Shown piece by piece: positions 11,941 to 22,791 of a DNA stretch of 64,000 nucleotides. Location: NCBI GenBank assembly GCA_907165135.1, contig OU015568.1:7378001-7442000 (forward strand), written 5' to 3'. Each line of letters begins with the position of its first letter. The first letter of the stretch is position 1. Below the pieces are notes generated by a model. That model was not told the DNA's origin. It made no database searches and saw only the letters and a list, made by a program, of their open reading frames with translations. Made by a program: the position numbers and the translations under genes. Source of the stretch: Oikopleura dioica (Eukaryota; Animalia; Chordata).

Positions 11941-14900
11941 ATGAAGATGAAGAGAAAAATACTGATTTTAATATTATTAACGAGTTTATTGGATTTTGGG
12001 AATGCTTATAAATTTACTGGGGGCGACAGTTGTATTGATAACGACAAGCAATGCGACTTTTTAGGAAAGGTTTTTGGCAGTTTTATTTTTGATTATGTTT
12101 TGACGAAGAAAAAGGTAAAACCGAACGAAAGAACAAATTTCATTAAAAGACAGTTGCACTTCTTCAAACTGCAAAAGTGAGATCAACAAAGAACGAGTCT
12201 GGTTCTACGGACATGAGTTCAATACAAATAAGGTCTTTGTCCATGCAAATGGGCACACGACATTCGGAGACGAAGAGATCGACTTCGGAACAAAATCATC
12301 ATTCGGTCAAGCTACTATGAGATCTTATGGATCACGTGGATTTCCTTATGTAAACCTCCCTTACTTCAAGTGCTTCAGTGATGAAATGATAGAGATAATT
12401 GAGTACGAGTTTTATTGGACCTTATCAGACGATTGCCGACACGAAGCTCAAGAAGTTCAGGAAATTATCGACGAATACTTTGATGAAGAAGAATGCAAAA
12501 CATATTTCGAAGTTATCTGGAAAACTTGTGTACGCGAAGATAGGAACGGGCTTATTCATCTAATAAAAAAGTAATGAATTTTAATTTATCAGTGTTTTGA
12601 AATGGAGATTTTCAAGCCGTAAAAAGCACAATTCACGATGACTTCTCATCAATTATCGTTTCATCTACGGATTATACGCTCATCATCAATCATTATGAAA
12701 ACCTCTCAGAAATCAACGCGGAGGTCCTTGTTGTTGGCGTTGCAGGAGGCGAGTTCACAAAATCTTGGTTTAGCTTCGACATCAACCAGACAGAGAATGC
12801 AGATCACAAGGCGACGCTATTTCTCGGAAGCTTGCAGAAGTCATCAAATATGGTTGGGGAAAGAAAGGGCTACTGGGCCTGGTCTTCCGAACAGCAGGAA
12901 GAACAAGAAACGCCAAGTAAGACCTGTCCAAAAGATGGACCCTGGGAGCCAAAAGACATGCACAATCGATCGTACATCAACTTGCAGTTTAAAAATGCAC
13001 CGACTTCCGTCAATACTCTGGCAATTCGAGCGTCGTCCGGGCCTGCGCGATTGATCCGAATGGCAGGGCAGTTTGGACGGAACCTTATTTTGATGAGTGC
13101 CTTGTTGGCGACCTCGGAAATATGACCAGTGTTAGCTCAAAACAAGCGACGCAGTTACTCAATGCCATTGCAGAGCGATTCGGATCTCTTGACAATCTAA
13201 AACCTGAAGATGCGCAACAACTTATTGACGAAGTTGAAGACATCATGGATAAAATCGATGTCTCTGAGGAAAAATTCGATCTCGTTCTACCGAACTTGCT
13301 GATTTCCGTTGATCTGATGTCTAGATACGTGACTTTTGGTGATACATCGATCGTAACAAGATCGACTTTACCAGACTCTACTTTCAAATGCGGTCTTGCA
13401 GAGGAAGCAAGGCTTGATTTAGGATCAAAATCACTTATCCCACAGCTTAATTCTATTGCAGAAAACAGAGTCAAATGCGCTATTTTTGCAAATGCTTCAA
13501 TTTTTGCTACAAATGCCAGTCAAACGACAACAGGAGAAGCCATTTCTTTCTCAATTGGCGATTACAAGATTGAAGACTTGAACCGAGACGACAGAATTCA
13601 GCTTGTGTTCTCTAGAGATTCCACAAGAAGGGGAGCTAACCGAAATTGGGACACCTGCAATTACTGGGACATAGAAGCGCAAGAATGGACTGATAGCGGA
13701 TGCATCAAGGATGTGAGACAATCAACTAAAGGAAGGGTCAAAATCGATAGTTTTATCAATAAAACTTTCATCAAAAATTGACCATGAAAAGACAAAACCG
13801 TTTGCAAATGTAACCACTTCACCAATTTTGCTGCTCTGTACACACCATTCCGCGATGAAGACTCAATTCCAGAGGCTCATAATCTGAATATGACTACTTA
13901 CATCGTTTCCGCCTTGTCTATCGCTTGTCTTTTGGCTACTTTAGGAATTCACCTGTGGTTTGAAAAGTTGAGATCAAACGCGCAAAAGAGAATTTTGATC
14001 AGTCTCTGTTTCGCACTTCTTGGTCGTGATGCTTGTATTCTAGCCATAGGATTCTCAGGCAAGAGAAATTCTTTATGTGAAAGTTTGTTTACATTAAATT
14101 TCAAGGAACTGGCCTAGCCAGCTGCGAGTGCAAAGATGCATATTTCAAAGCATACGCGGGGAATGATACAGAGAGCTCATGCGGATTGATCGAAAAAAGA
14201 AATGATACGATTGGAGACTCCATCGGAGATGTTGTTGAAGCTTATAGAATTGGTGACGACGGTAAGAATAATGAAGGGATCCTAGCTTCTGCTGAATCTC
14301 CCACTTCTAGCGTAGTTTGCCTGCTCTCTATATCTGGACGAGTGAAGAAAACGAGTAAAGTATCTTTGACGTCTGTATTTCGAGCTGGAGTAAAATAGAG
14401 GTTAATTCACGAACTGCGTGAATTACCGAATGGAGAGAAATACACGGCGGCGACCGAGCAAAGCTCGATCTAGATAAGCAAGTGACCTTAGGGGACGAGG
14501 GAGTCTAACGAATCTAAGATCCCAATACCCCCCATGAGACTGAAACGTCCTCTAAGGCCAAAGTGTGTGATTTTTGCAGGAGTATAAGCGTAAGATGAGT
14601 AACATGGCAGGTTCGAAACGTCGAGGCAGTCTGATTCGCGTTAAAAAACCCTTTTTTGGGAAAAAGCTTGAATCAGATGCGAAGTTTTCGTGATGTCCGA
14701 GCGGTGATGACATGAAGGAGTAGCTGCACATGTAGAAGAACTCAAAATACGTCGGCGACGGTAAACTGTGATAATTTCCGTACCTTTTCAGGCCCCGGTC
14801 GATGAATAGGGGACCTGAGTGGGGCAGTACTTGCGCTTAGTCGTATGACTGACCCGAGTTTGTGCCGATGTTTAGAGGTTCGACGGGCCTCGTTTCACGG

Positions 14901-17900
14901 TGTGCTCGTTTTGTATGTTTCGGGAGATGAGCTGCTCCAACTTCGGTTAAAGTCGCATTCGGATCGGCGCCGGCTGAGTATTGACGATCTGGTGAAGACT
15001 TTGGACGGGTTCTTTTCTTGCTGTTTTCAGTTGCTGAGCCCTCAACTACTGTTGAATTTTGTTTATCGACTGACATATGGCTATTGTCGGGCGCAGCAAC
15101 CTCCGAAATCACTGTAGCATCAGCTGACATGTCCTCGGCAGTTTCATAAAGAGTACCACCAGAGTACCAGCGATCTGACGGCTCGGCTGGAGCTACCGAC
15201 GAGTCCAAAATAGATGTAGCGGTTGTATCTCCCAGATTTTCCATGTCCAATCGGCGTCTACTTTCCAAAATAGGTGATAGAGATGATCTTGGCGGTTTTT
15301 CCATAGCAACCATCGGAGTCGACGCGACCTGAGAAGATTTCCTCCCCCCATGCGACTTCGACCCGGACTTTTCCATCGGTTTGGAAGTAGGAACAGGCGA
15401 TTTTTGTGGGACTTTCGACTTAACGATTTCGGTTAAATGTGGGAATACGTACTCGGCCTCGTAGTAATCAATCCAGCGTAAGTCGTGATTTCGTTCTGCG
15501 GCGTGAACCACGTGTTCTCGATGGATGAAATCACGTTGTCCTTTTTTATCTTCGACCATGACGACCCAGTCGTTGCTCGAAACGGCTTTCAGGGGACCTA
15601 CCCAGCGTTCCTTCTTGCTTTTAGCGTCGGTCAGGTTTTCTCGCTTAATGTACACGACAGCGCCAGCGGGGATTGGTCTCGGCTTAGGCTCGTTTTTCAG
15701 CCTGTGCTCCATGGCTCGGTCAGCAGCTTCCATCGCAGTTTTCACAATGGCTTCCGCCGATTTCGCTAAAGCTCCAACATTGAGACCAAACACCTGAGGT
15801 GTTTCCGCTGTCATTTCTGCGCCAGTAGAGTGGGTGAAAGTACTTTTTCGGCCAAACCAAACTTCTCGCGGTGAAATTTTCGTGCTTTTGTTTTTCACAC
15901 TATTGAGCGCGCGCATCACGTGGGGAACGCAGTCGGCCCAAGTTTTTCGACCGGAAGATGAGTTGACCATGCAGAATAGACTGTTTTTGATAGTCCGATT
16001 CGCTCTTTCTGCGAAAGCGTTTGATTGAGGGTGAAATGCGGTACTTATTGTATGTTTTATCTGGTTAAGCTTACACATTTCGTCAATCACGCTTGCGCAG
16101 AAGTGGGTACCTCTGTCACTGTGTAGATGTTTCGGCAAGAAATCCATGGGAAGGAAGACCTTGTAGATGAGCGCTTTTGCAGCGCAGATAGCAGTGTCGG
16201 ACCGCGTCGGAATGCACCAAGTGTAGCGAGAGAAAGTGTCCGCCACCACCAAATAATACTTGAATCCGCCAGCGGGAGGCATACAAGCGAAATCGATCTG
16301 AATCGATTCGCCAGCTGTTTTTCCACGACGAAGGGTTCCAAGTGGCGGTTTGGTACGAGTTCCAGCAGATCCTTTTCTGCGTAGGCAAGGGACGCAGCTG
16401 TGGACGTAGTTAGAAACATCGTCTTGAAATGAAGGCCACCAAACGTCCTCTAATCGCTCTAAAGTCCGCGGCTCGCCCAGATGACCGGACAAGTCGTGAG
16501 CTAGAAAGAGAAAGTGACTTTTTACCGCTTCCGGTACCACCGCCCGCGCGCCAGATTTGAATTGACACATCAAGCACCCGGTAGTGTTATCCAGGAACAG
16601 AGCTTTTTCCATCTTGAGTAGAGACGATTGTCGGTGGTCGGAGTCCTTCACCAGCGATTTTATGTCCAGTGGCTCCTTACCAGATTCCAGAAAAGTGATG
16701 ATTGCACTCAGAGCAGAGTCCTCCCTTTGATAGTCCAGAATGTTATTATAATTCGCTGACACCAACGGAATCTCCATTGGCGCCGCGATAGCCTTGACGT
16801 TTACCTTATGTATCTTCACCTCTGATAAAGTGATTTTCTCCGGAAACTGATTTTCGTTCCAGAAAGGGACGAAGACACGTACTGGTGAATTCTTGTCGAT
16901 TTCGTACTCGCGACCAACGGGAAACTCAGAGTCGTATCCAAGTGATTTGTCGTCCTCGCCAGGTCTGCGGCTCATAAAATCGGCGAATTGATTTTCTGAT
17001 CCCTTGATGTAGACAATGTGAAAATCGAATTCTTCCAATCGGCTTTGCCATCGGCTTATTTTAGAATTCTTGAACTTCTTTTTGTGTAGGAAGATCAAAG
17101 ATCTGTGGTCTGTGTGAATCTGAAAGAATCTACCTTTCAGGAGCTTTTCCAGTCGCTCGCAGCACCAGACAATGCTAAACATTTCCTTTTCTGAAGTGTT
17201 CCATTTTCTTTCAGCTTTGTTGAAGGTGTGGGAAATCGCGCTTACTAGGTGCACTCTCCCGCCATACTCTTGTAGCAGAACACCACCCGCTGCGTACAGG
17301 CTCGCGTCTGTGTAGAGGTGAAAAGACTCGTCAAAGTTAGGAAAGCTTATGACAGGAGTCTCGGAGAGTCGTCGTTGAATTTCCTTGAGCGCCAAATCCG
17401 CTTCTTTGGTCCACTTGAAACAATTTGTTTCGTTCGCCGAATTTCGAACATCGTTTATGGGTTTCATTCTGCTCGAGAAGCAACCGGATGAAATAGCTTC
17501 GCCCATTTTTGTTTCTAGAAAACCTCGGATCCAATTCAATGACCCGATTAATGAAGCTAACTCCTTTTGGGAGCGTGGGGGTTTCATCTGACGAAGGGCG
17601 GAGACTTGCGCAGGGTCCGGTTTGATTCCTTCTTCGTTGATGATTCGGCCCAAAAAGTGAGCTTCTGATTGTAGGAAAGAGCACTTTTCGCCCTTGAGTT
17701 TAGCGTTAAACTTGCGGAGCGCGATGAATAGGTTTCGGAGAGTGTTGTAATAGCAGCTGAAAGACTTCCCAAAACATACTATGTCATCGATATAAGAAAG
17801 CATCTTCTTCCTGGTGGGGCTTGAGTCGAGAATCGTGTTTACGACGCGCGAGAATATATTCCCCGAGCATCGATAACCGAAAGGTAATCTGCAGAAGGCG

Positions 17901-20900
17901 TAAGATTTCCCACCCCACTGGAAGGAAGTCTTATACCTATCGCTTTTCTTAATAGGGCACTGCCAATATCCGCTCCGCAAATCAACTGTGGCGAAATACT
18001 TGTTGCCCGGTCCAATGTTCGCGATCGTATCCTCCATGCTCGGAAGATGATATGGGTCGGATTTGTCGGAGAGGCATTTGTTCAAGCTGTTCTTGTAGTT
18101 GATGCAGAAGCGCATTTCCCCAGATTTCTTAGGGATTGGCAGAACGGGGCTATTAAACCCTTTCTGGTCCTTGATCTCTTCTATTATTTTCGTATCGAGC
18201 AGTTCGGAGATGTGATCAGTGACCTGGCCATGAAAAGCTTGCGGAATAGGGTGTTGACTGATGTTTCGACTCGTACCATCAGTCGGGATTTCGATCTCGA
18301 ATGGGAATTCACCCATTTTTTGACCGTCGCAGCCGAATCTGTCGTCGAAATCCAAACACAGCTCGGCGACCACCTTCTTTTGCCCCGGGTCGGCGTTTGC
18401 TGGTAGGGTAATTCCGAGTTTTTGCTTCGCTAGCTGAATGGGGCACCTGGCTGCGTTCTTGTTAGGTGCGTCCAGCTTTGGGACTTTTGGTGGCGGTTGA
18501 GTGCGGGATCGATCGCTATCCTTGACCGCTGATCTAGTAGTCAAGTATTTCTTGATTTTGGTCCGCTTCACTCCGTCCAGCTTCACCACTTGAGTCTCAG
18601 TTTGTGTGAAGGCTTCGTTGTAGCAAAATGAGAGAGTACGATTCTTATTGTCGACTGTGAAGCTGTCCGTCATCGCATTCTCTAGTATATCGCGGCCCAG
18701 TAGACTTGGGTATTTACTGCCTGGCATAATGGTGAGATTCAGGGAGAATGCAGGGCCACCATTGAATGATAAGCGGCAGGGAAGGATACCCATCGGCTGC
18801 TCGGCGGGAATATTTGGGCTGAAACCGGTGACCTTGAAGGGACAGGGCTTCAGCATCTGGAGAAATTCGTCGGGAACGTAAGCAGCGGACAGACAGGAGG
18901 ACTCGGCTCCGCTGTCGACTTCCATCGATACGTCAAAACTTTTAGAGCCCGTAATGATGGTAGCCGAAGCGAAATAAGCCTTTCCTGGTCGCTTCTTCTT
19001 CACTGTGTAAAAGTGAACGTCGAATGGTTGGAAATCTTCAACGTTCTTAGTCGTATTTATCTTCTTGGATTCTGGTTGTTTATCGTCTTTCCCATCCTTA
19101 GAATCGTTGCTGGCGCGCTTAGCATTCTTCTTCTTTTGTTCTTATTTCTGTTGAAGTGCTGGGAGACGGTCGCGCTGTCAACTCGATTCTGTCTTGTGGA
19201 TTGGGCGAGACGGCAGAGTTCGTTGATATCGTAAACTTTTGATAGGCTTGGAAGGATTGCGTTGAAAACGTCTGGTTCTTCTTTCCTAAGATTCAAGTAC
19301 AGCATCATCGTCGAGAATATGTCAAATATTTCATCGACCCCGGCGTCGGCTGACTTCTCTTGTCGGTAAGAGTTCAAAGTCGCTTGCTTCGCCTCGTTCA
19401 TCTTTTGCAAGACGTTGGCGGTGTAGTGTGCAAACGGCTTCGAATGGTCGTATTCGACGTCGAAAACTTCGCTTAGCTTCAGTAAGTAGTGACTCTTCGC
19501 GGCGAATGATTTCTCTAGCAGCGCCTTGGCCGATTTCCAGTCTTGACAATTCAGAAATTCGGTTCCAAGTGAGCGTTCGATGTTCAAGTCGAAGTGGCTG
19601 TACACTGCTGCGATGAAAGGCTGTTCACGTGAAGGTCTGTCGCGGACGTAGGCGCGGTGATAAATGTCGGCTCTGCCCAAGAAGGTGTTGAAAGATGTGT
19701 TGCATGCGGCGTCCAGCTTCGGCAAGTCTTGGACGTGACGAGACCAGGTAGTGGCCACCCATGCTTCTTCTCTCATTGTCGCATTCGTAGAGTCTTTTCC
19801 TTGATCGAGCTCGCAGGTAAGAAGCGTTGTACTGAGCTGTTCTAATTTTACTCTGCTTTCTGTGATCAAGGGCTCTAGGCTTGGCTTTAGTGATTCGTCA
19901 TTTCGCACTTGTTCTTCGAGGTAGTTTACTCGATCGTTTATGCTTCTTATTTCGGTGACGGTTTCTAGCAGTGATTTGTTCGCCGCCATAGCTCGAAATA
20001 TATCGGCAGTAAGGGTTTATGGGCCTTGGATTACCTTTCAGGCCCTCAGAAAATACTGCGACTAAAAGTCGCAATATGATGAGCTGAGGTGCCTTTTTGC
20101 GCAAACGCCCGACGATTTCTCTGTCCAGCGATTGTCGAAATTTCAAGGTCTGGTCCAAGGGTCGATTCTTCGTAAACTTCTCTCGATTTTTGGTGAAAAG
20201 TGGCGAAAGAATTATGTTTTTCTCAGTATTTTAGGTTTTCCCCGGCGTGCGTGCGTGGTTGCGTGGGCGCGACTTTCGGCGCGTGGGTCGTGGTGGCGCT
20301 CGTGCGGTGGCGCTCGCTCGGGGTGGTGTTGGTGTGGTGCGGCGCGGAAAATTCTCTGAGTGGAGTTTCTCCGGCGGCGCGGTGGCGGTTGGTGATTCGG
20401 TTCCCCTCGACTCCGCTGACGGCCAATCAGCGTCCAAGTTGCGAAACTTCGGTTGTCGATGGCGGAAAATTTACCTTTTCTCCAACGGGACTACTCTGAT
20501 ACCACTGAAGGGATCCTAGCTTCTGCTGAATCTCCCACTTCTAGCGTAGTTTGCCTGCTCTCTATATCTGGACGAGTGAAGAAAACGAGTAAAGTATCTT
20601 TGACGTCTGTATTTCGAGCTGGAGTAAAATAGAGGTTAATTCACGAACTGCGTGAATTACCGAATGGAGAGAAATACACGGCGGCGACCGAGCAAAGCTC
20701 GATCTAGATAAGCAAGTGACCTTAGGGGACGAGGGAGTCTAACGAATCTAAGATCCCAATAATAAAAAGAAGGGTGGCTATAAATATTCTCCGCTAGAAT
20801 GGATGAAACTGCGCTATGAGATGAACTATTGTCCTCAACTGGTCACTGCCGCCGCCTTTGCTCAATATTTCATCACCGCCGTATTTTTCTGGATGGCGTG

Positions 20901-22333
20901 TGAAGGGGTACACTTGTACTACAGGAATGGTCGCTCAAACAGCTCAGATGAACACACTCAATATCTCACTGCCAATGTTCGTCTCTTCGAGTGTTACATT
21001 CTTATCAGAATGAATAAATTTATTCCCAAAACTCGGACGGGCAGTATTGAACATCCTTTGTTAAAAGCTTTGTTCTTCTTAATTTCTTCGACCAAAAACA
21101 AGTGTCGCCGTCGTGCTCAACAAACCAAGGAGCAAGTACATCACGAAGCTCTCCGTCGTCGGCTGGGGAATGCCGCTGCTTTTTACCGTCATTGTTCTGA
21201 TTGTCGAAGCCACTACTGGAAAAGGATACAAGCTGAACTTCGAGTACGCAAGAGATGAGGCTATAGAAACGAATTTTTGGATATTTCTTGATGACACCAT
21301 GTATTATGTTTTCATTCTGACGCCTTTTGTGCTCATTTGGCTCTTTAATTAGGGATCAAAACTTCTATGTAGAAAAGCTCAGCGGATATTTCTTTGACTT
21401 GTTTTTGATCCCTTACTTTATCATGGTGATGTTCGGAATGGTCCTTTCAGCGCTAATCAATAGCCAAAGTAATGTTGTCAAGACTTTTCAAAGGTACGCA
21501 CTCATCAACTGTCAAAAGATCTTCATCATCTTTTGTAGGATATCGAACTTTCTCTCCATGAAGCCAGATGAGAAACGAAAACCACTCGCGCTGCACCACC
21601 AAAACTGTCCAGAAACTTATCGAACAACGCAACAAAGAATCATCAGAAACGACTTCAGGGAATGATTGGGTTGCTGACCATCCTTGGTGGTGCGCAAATA
21701 ATGATGCTTTTGCTTGCCGATCCGAGCTCGAACAACAACGCTCTTTCGTTCATATTCATCATTTTGAACGGACTTCAAGGTCAGTTTTCCATCTTTTCTT
21801 ATTTTTGAGTGATTTCTTAGGCGTTTTCATCTTCATCTTCTACGTCCTACTCCGCGAGGATGTCCTGAAAACCATGGGATTCGCCATCAAACCCAGAAAA
21901 GAGAAACCAACCATCACCCAAAAGCGCTCTGGTCTAACAGATTCGTCAATCTTGGACCAAACGCCATCGACAGAAATTCCAGAGGAGAAGTTTTTCCAGG
22001 CGATCTCGCAAAAATCATCATCGAACATTTCAACGAAGCCAATTGGCAACAGCCCGAAGTTGTTGAGGAACAGACACGTGTTCTGGAAGAGTCCTACGAT
22101 TCGACCAGATACTGCAGGAACAGAATTTGAACTTTCACTGATAACTTCACGCCTCTTTGAAAGAGCGTCTTTTTGTTAATTCTGATAAAGATGGCCCTCG
22201 CGGAAAGTCAGAAAGGCAACCTCCAGAAGCTGGCCAAAATTTGATGACAGAAAAACGAACCGTCAAAACAACGACCTCGCTTCCCACTTTTGGATCCTCA
22301 AAAGACCCTGCTATCGAAGATTTCCGTCGATGA
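11941..22333 (+). CDS. Adhesion GPCR (signal peptide, NIDO-like, HormR, GAIN/GPS, 7TM secretin-type); carries an LTR element and an exonic MITE, so possibly a damaged allele
   Basis: GPS motif CNYWDIEAQEWTDSGC..TVCKCNHFTNFAAL; TM motifs YFITAVFFWMACEGVHLY, VGWGMPLL and LNGLQGVFIFIFY; HormR CPKDGPW..RAC..WTEPYFDEC. The 5' exons have apparent frameshifts. Confidence 0.85.
14272..14527 (-). repeat. 3' LTR
   Basis: Direct repeat of 20506-20761; abuts the PPT. Confidence 0.95.
14837..19141 (-). CDS. pol: Pol polyprotein (protease, RT, RNase H, integrase); frame open from ~19141, no own ATG
   Basis: VDSGA protease, LPFG..YIDD RT, TDAS RNase H, H-x4-H..CVPC zinc finger and D-D-E (IDF, SDRG, AERANR) integrase. 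Confidence 0.96.
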   Translation of the reverse strand, partial: EQKKKNAKRASNDSKDGKDDKQPESKKINTTKNVEDFQPFDVHFYTVKKKRPGKAYFASATIITGSKSFDVSMEVDSGAESSCLSAAYVPDEFLQMLKPCPFKVTGFSPNIPAEQPMGILPCRLSFNGGPAFSLNLTIMPGSKYPSLLGRDILENAMTDSFTVDNKNRTLSFCYNEAFTQTETQVVKLDGVKRTKIKKYLTTRSAVKDSDRSRTQPPPKVPKLDAPNKNAARCPIQLAKQKLGITLPANADPGQKKVVAELCLDFDDRFGCDGQKMGEFPFEIEIPTDGTSRNISQHPIPQAFHGQVTDHISELLDTKIIEEIKDQKGFNSPVLPIPKKSGEMRFCINYKNSLNKCLSDKSDPYHLPSMEDTIANIGPGNKYFATVDLRSGYWQCPIKKSDRYKTSFQWGGKSYAFCRLPFGYRCSGNIFSRVVNTILDSSPTRKKMLSYIDDIVCFGKSFSCYYNTLRNLFIALRKFNAKLKGEKCSFLQSEAHFLGRIINEEGIKPDPAQVSALRQMKPPRSQKELASLIGSLNWIRGFLETKMGEAISSGCFSSRMKPINDVRNSANETNCFKWTKEADLALKEIQRRLSETPVISFPNFDESFHLYTDASLYAAGGVLLQEYGGRVHLVSAISHTFNKAERKWNTSEKEMFSIVWCCERLEKLLKGRFFQIHTDHRSLIFLHKKKFKNSKISRWQSRLEEFDFHIVYIKGSENQFADFMSRRPGEDDKSLGYDSEFPVGREYEIDKNSPVRVFVPFWNENQFPEKITLSEVKIHKVNVKAIAAPMEIPLVSANYNNILDYQREDSALSAIITFLESGKEPLDIKSLVKDSDHRQSSLLKMEKALFLDNTTGCLMCQFKSGARAVVPEAVKSHFLFLAHDLSGHLGEPRTLERLEDVWWPSFQDDVSNYVHSCVPCLRRKGSAGTRTKPPLGTLRRGKTAGESIQIDFACMPPAGGFKYYLVVADTFSRYTWCIPTRSDTAICAAKALIYKVFLPMDFLPKHLHSDRGTHFCASVIDEMCKLNQIKHTISTAFHPQSNAFAERANRTIKNSLFCMVNSSSGRKTWADCVPHVMRALNSVKNKSTKISPREVWFGRKSTFTHSTGAEMTAETPQVFGLNVGALAKSAEAIVKTAMEAADRAMEHRLKNEPKPRPIPAGAVVYIKRENLTDAKSKKERWVGPLKAVSSNDWVVMVEDKKGQRDFIHREHVVHAAERNHDLRWIDYYEAEYVFPHLTEIVKSKVPQKSPVPTSKPMEKSGSKSHGGRKSSQVASTPMVAMEKPPRSSLSPILESRRRLDMENLGDTTATSILDSSVAPAEPSDRWYSGGTLYETAEDMSADATVISEVAAPDNSHMSVDKQNSTVVEGSATENSKKRTRPKSSPDRQYSAGADPNATLTEVGAAHLPKHTKRAHRETRPVEPLNIGTNSGQSYD
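19057..19989 (-). CDS. gag: Gag-like protein
   Basis: 310-aa ORF between PBS and pol; coiled-coil N-terminus and basic C-terminus. Confidence 0.8.
   Translation of the reverse strand: MAANKSLLETVTEIRSINDRVNYLEEQVRNDESLKPSLEPLITESRVKLEQLSTTLLTCELDQGKDSTNATMREEAWVATTWSRHVQDLPKLDAACNTSFNTFLGRADIYHRAYVRDRPSREQPFIAAVYSHFDLNIERSLGTEFLNCQDWKSAKALLEKSFAAKSHYLLKLSEVFDVEYDHSKPFAHYTANVLQKMNEAKQATLNSYRQEKSADAGVDEIFDIFSTMMLYLNLRKEEPDVFNAILPSLSKVYDINELCRLAQSTRQNRVDSATVSQHFNRNKNKRRRMLSAPATILRMGKTINNQNPRR
20506..20761 (-). repeat. 5' LTR
   Basis: Direct repeat of 14272-14527; followed by the PBS. Confidence 0.95.
21352..21412. mobile_element. 61-bp PIF/Harbinger (Tourist)-like MITE in the aGPCR TM5 exon
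   Basis: TIR GGGATCAAAA...TTTTGATCCC with TTA TSD (21349-21351, 21413-21415). Removing the element plus one TSD restores LIWLFNYFIMVMFG. Confidence 0.85.
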
Positions 22334-22791
22334 GCGACTGTACTCAGTCAGATACTGTTTTACAAGCAATTTTATACATTTTTCAGACGACTTTTTTAAT
22401 TCTTATGACAATAAAATATCACTGCCGATTTAACACTTCATTTATTCTTTTGAGTCGAAAACTGATTTTCCGAGTAGAAATCGTGATTATTGCGCAACGC
22501 GCCCGAAGCATCTCCCAGACCAATGAGCGCAGTCTGCTCTGAGAGAAATTGTTAAAAATTCAAGATTTCTTCTAAAGAGAATTACAGCCACTTCCTACTG
22601 TTTCACCGCGGTAGTAAAATATCGATTGATTTGATGAGTCCACTGAAATATTACTGGAGGGCATATTTCGTAGCAGAAATGAAAAGTTCCGTGGCTTTCT
22701 GACTGAAAGAAAAATCGCAAAGAAAATCGAACTTGTTTGACCAGAGAATTATTAAGCGACTCTTTAGCAACTTCTCTATTTCAGAAATTGG

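Larger units (their letters stand above)
14272..20761 (-). mobile_element. Full-length Ty3/gypsy LTR retrotransposon (Tor-like), no env
   Basis: Two 256-bp LTRs with no difference seen by eye; ATAA TSD; PBS TGGTATCAGAG (20504 downward); G6 PPT (14528-14533); gag plus PR-RT-RH-IN order. Confidence 0.97.

Noticed and set aside
14528-14836. env gene in the retrotransposon
   Set aside because: Only ~300 bp separate the pol stop from the LTR; no TM- or signal-bearing ORF.
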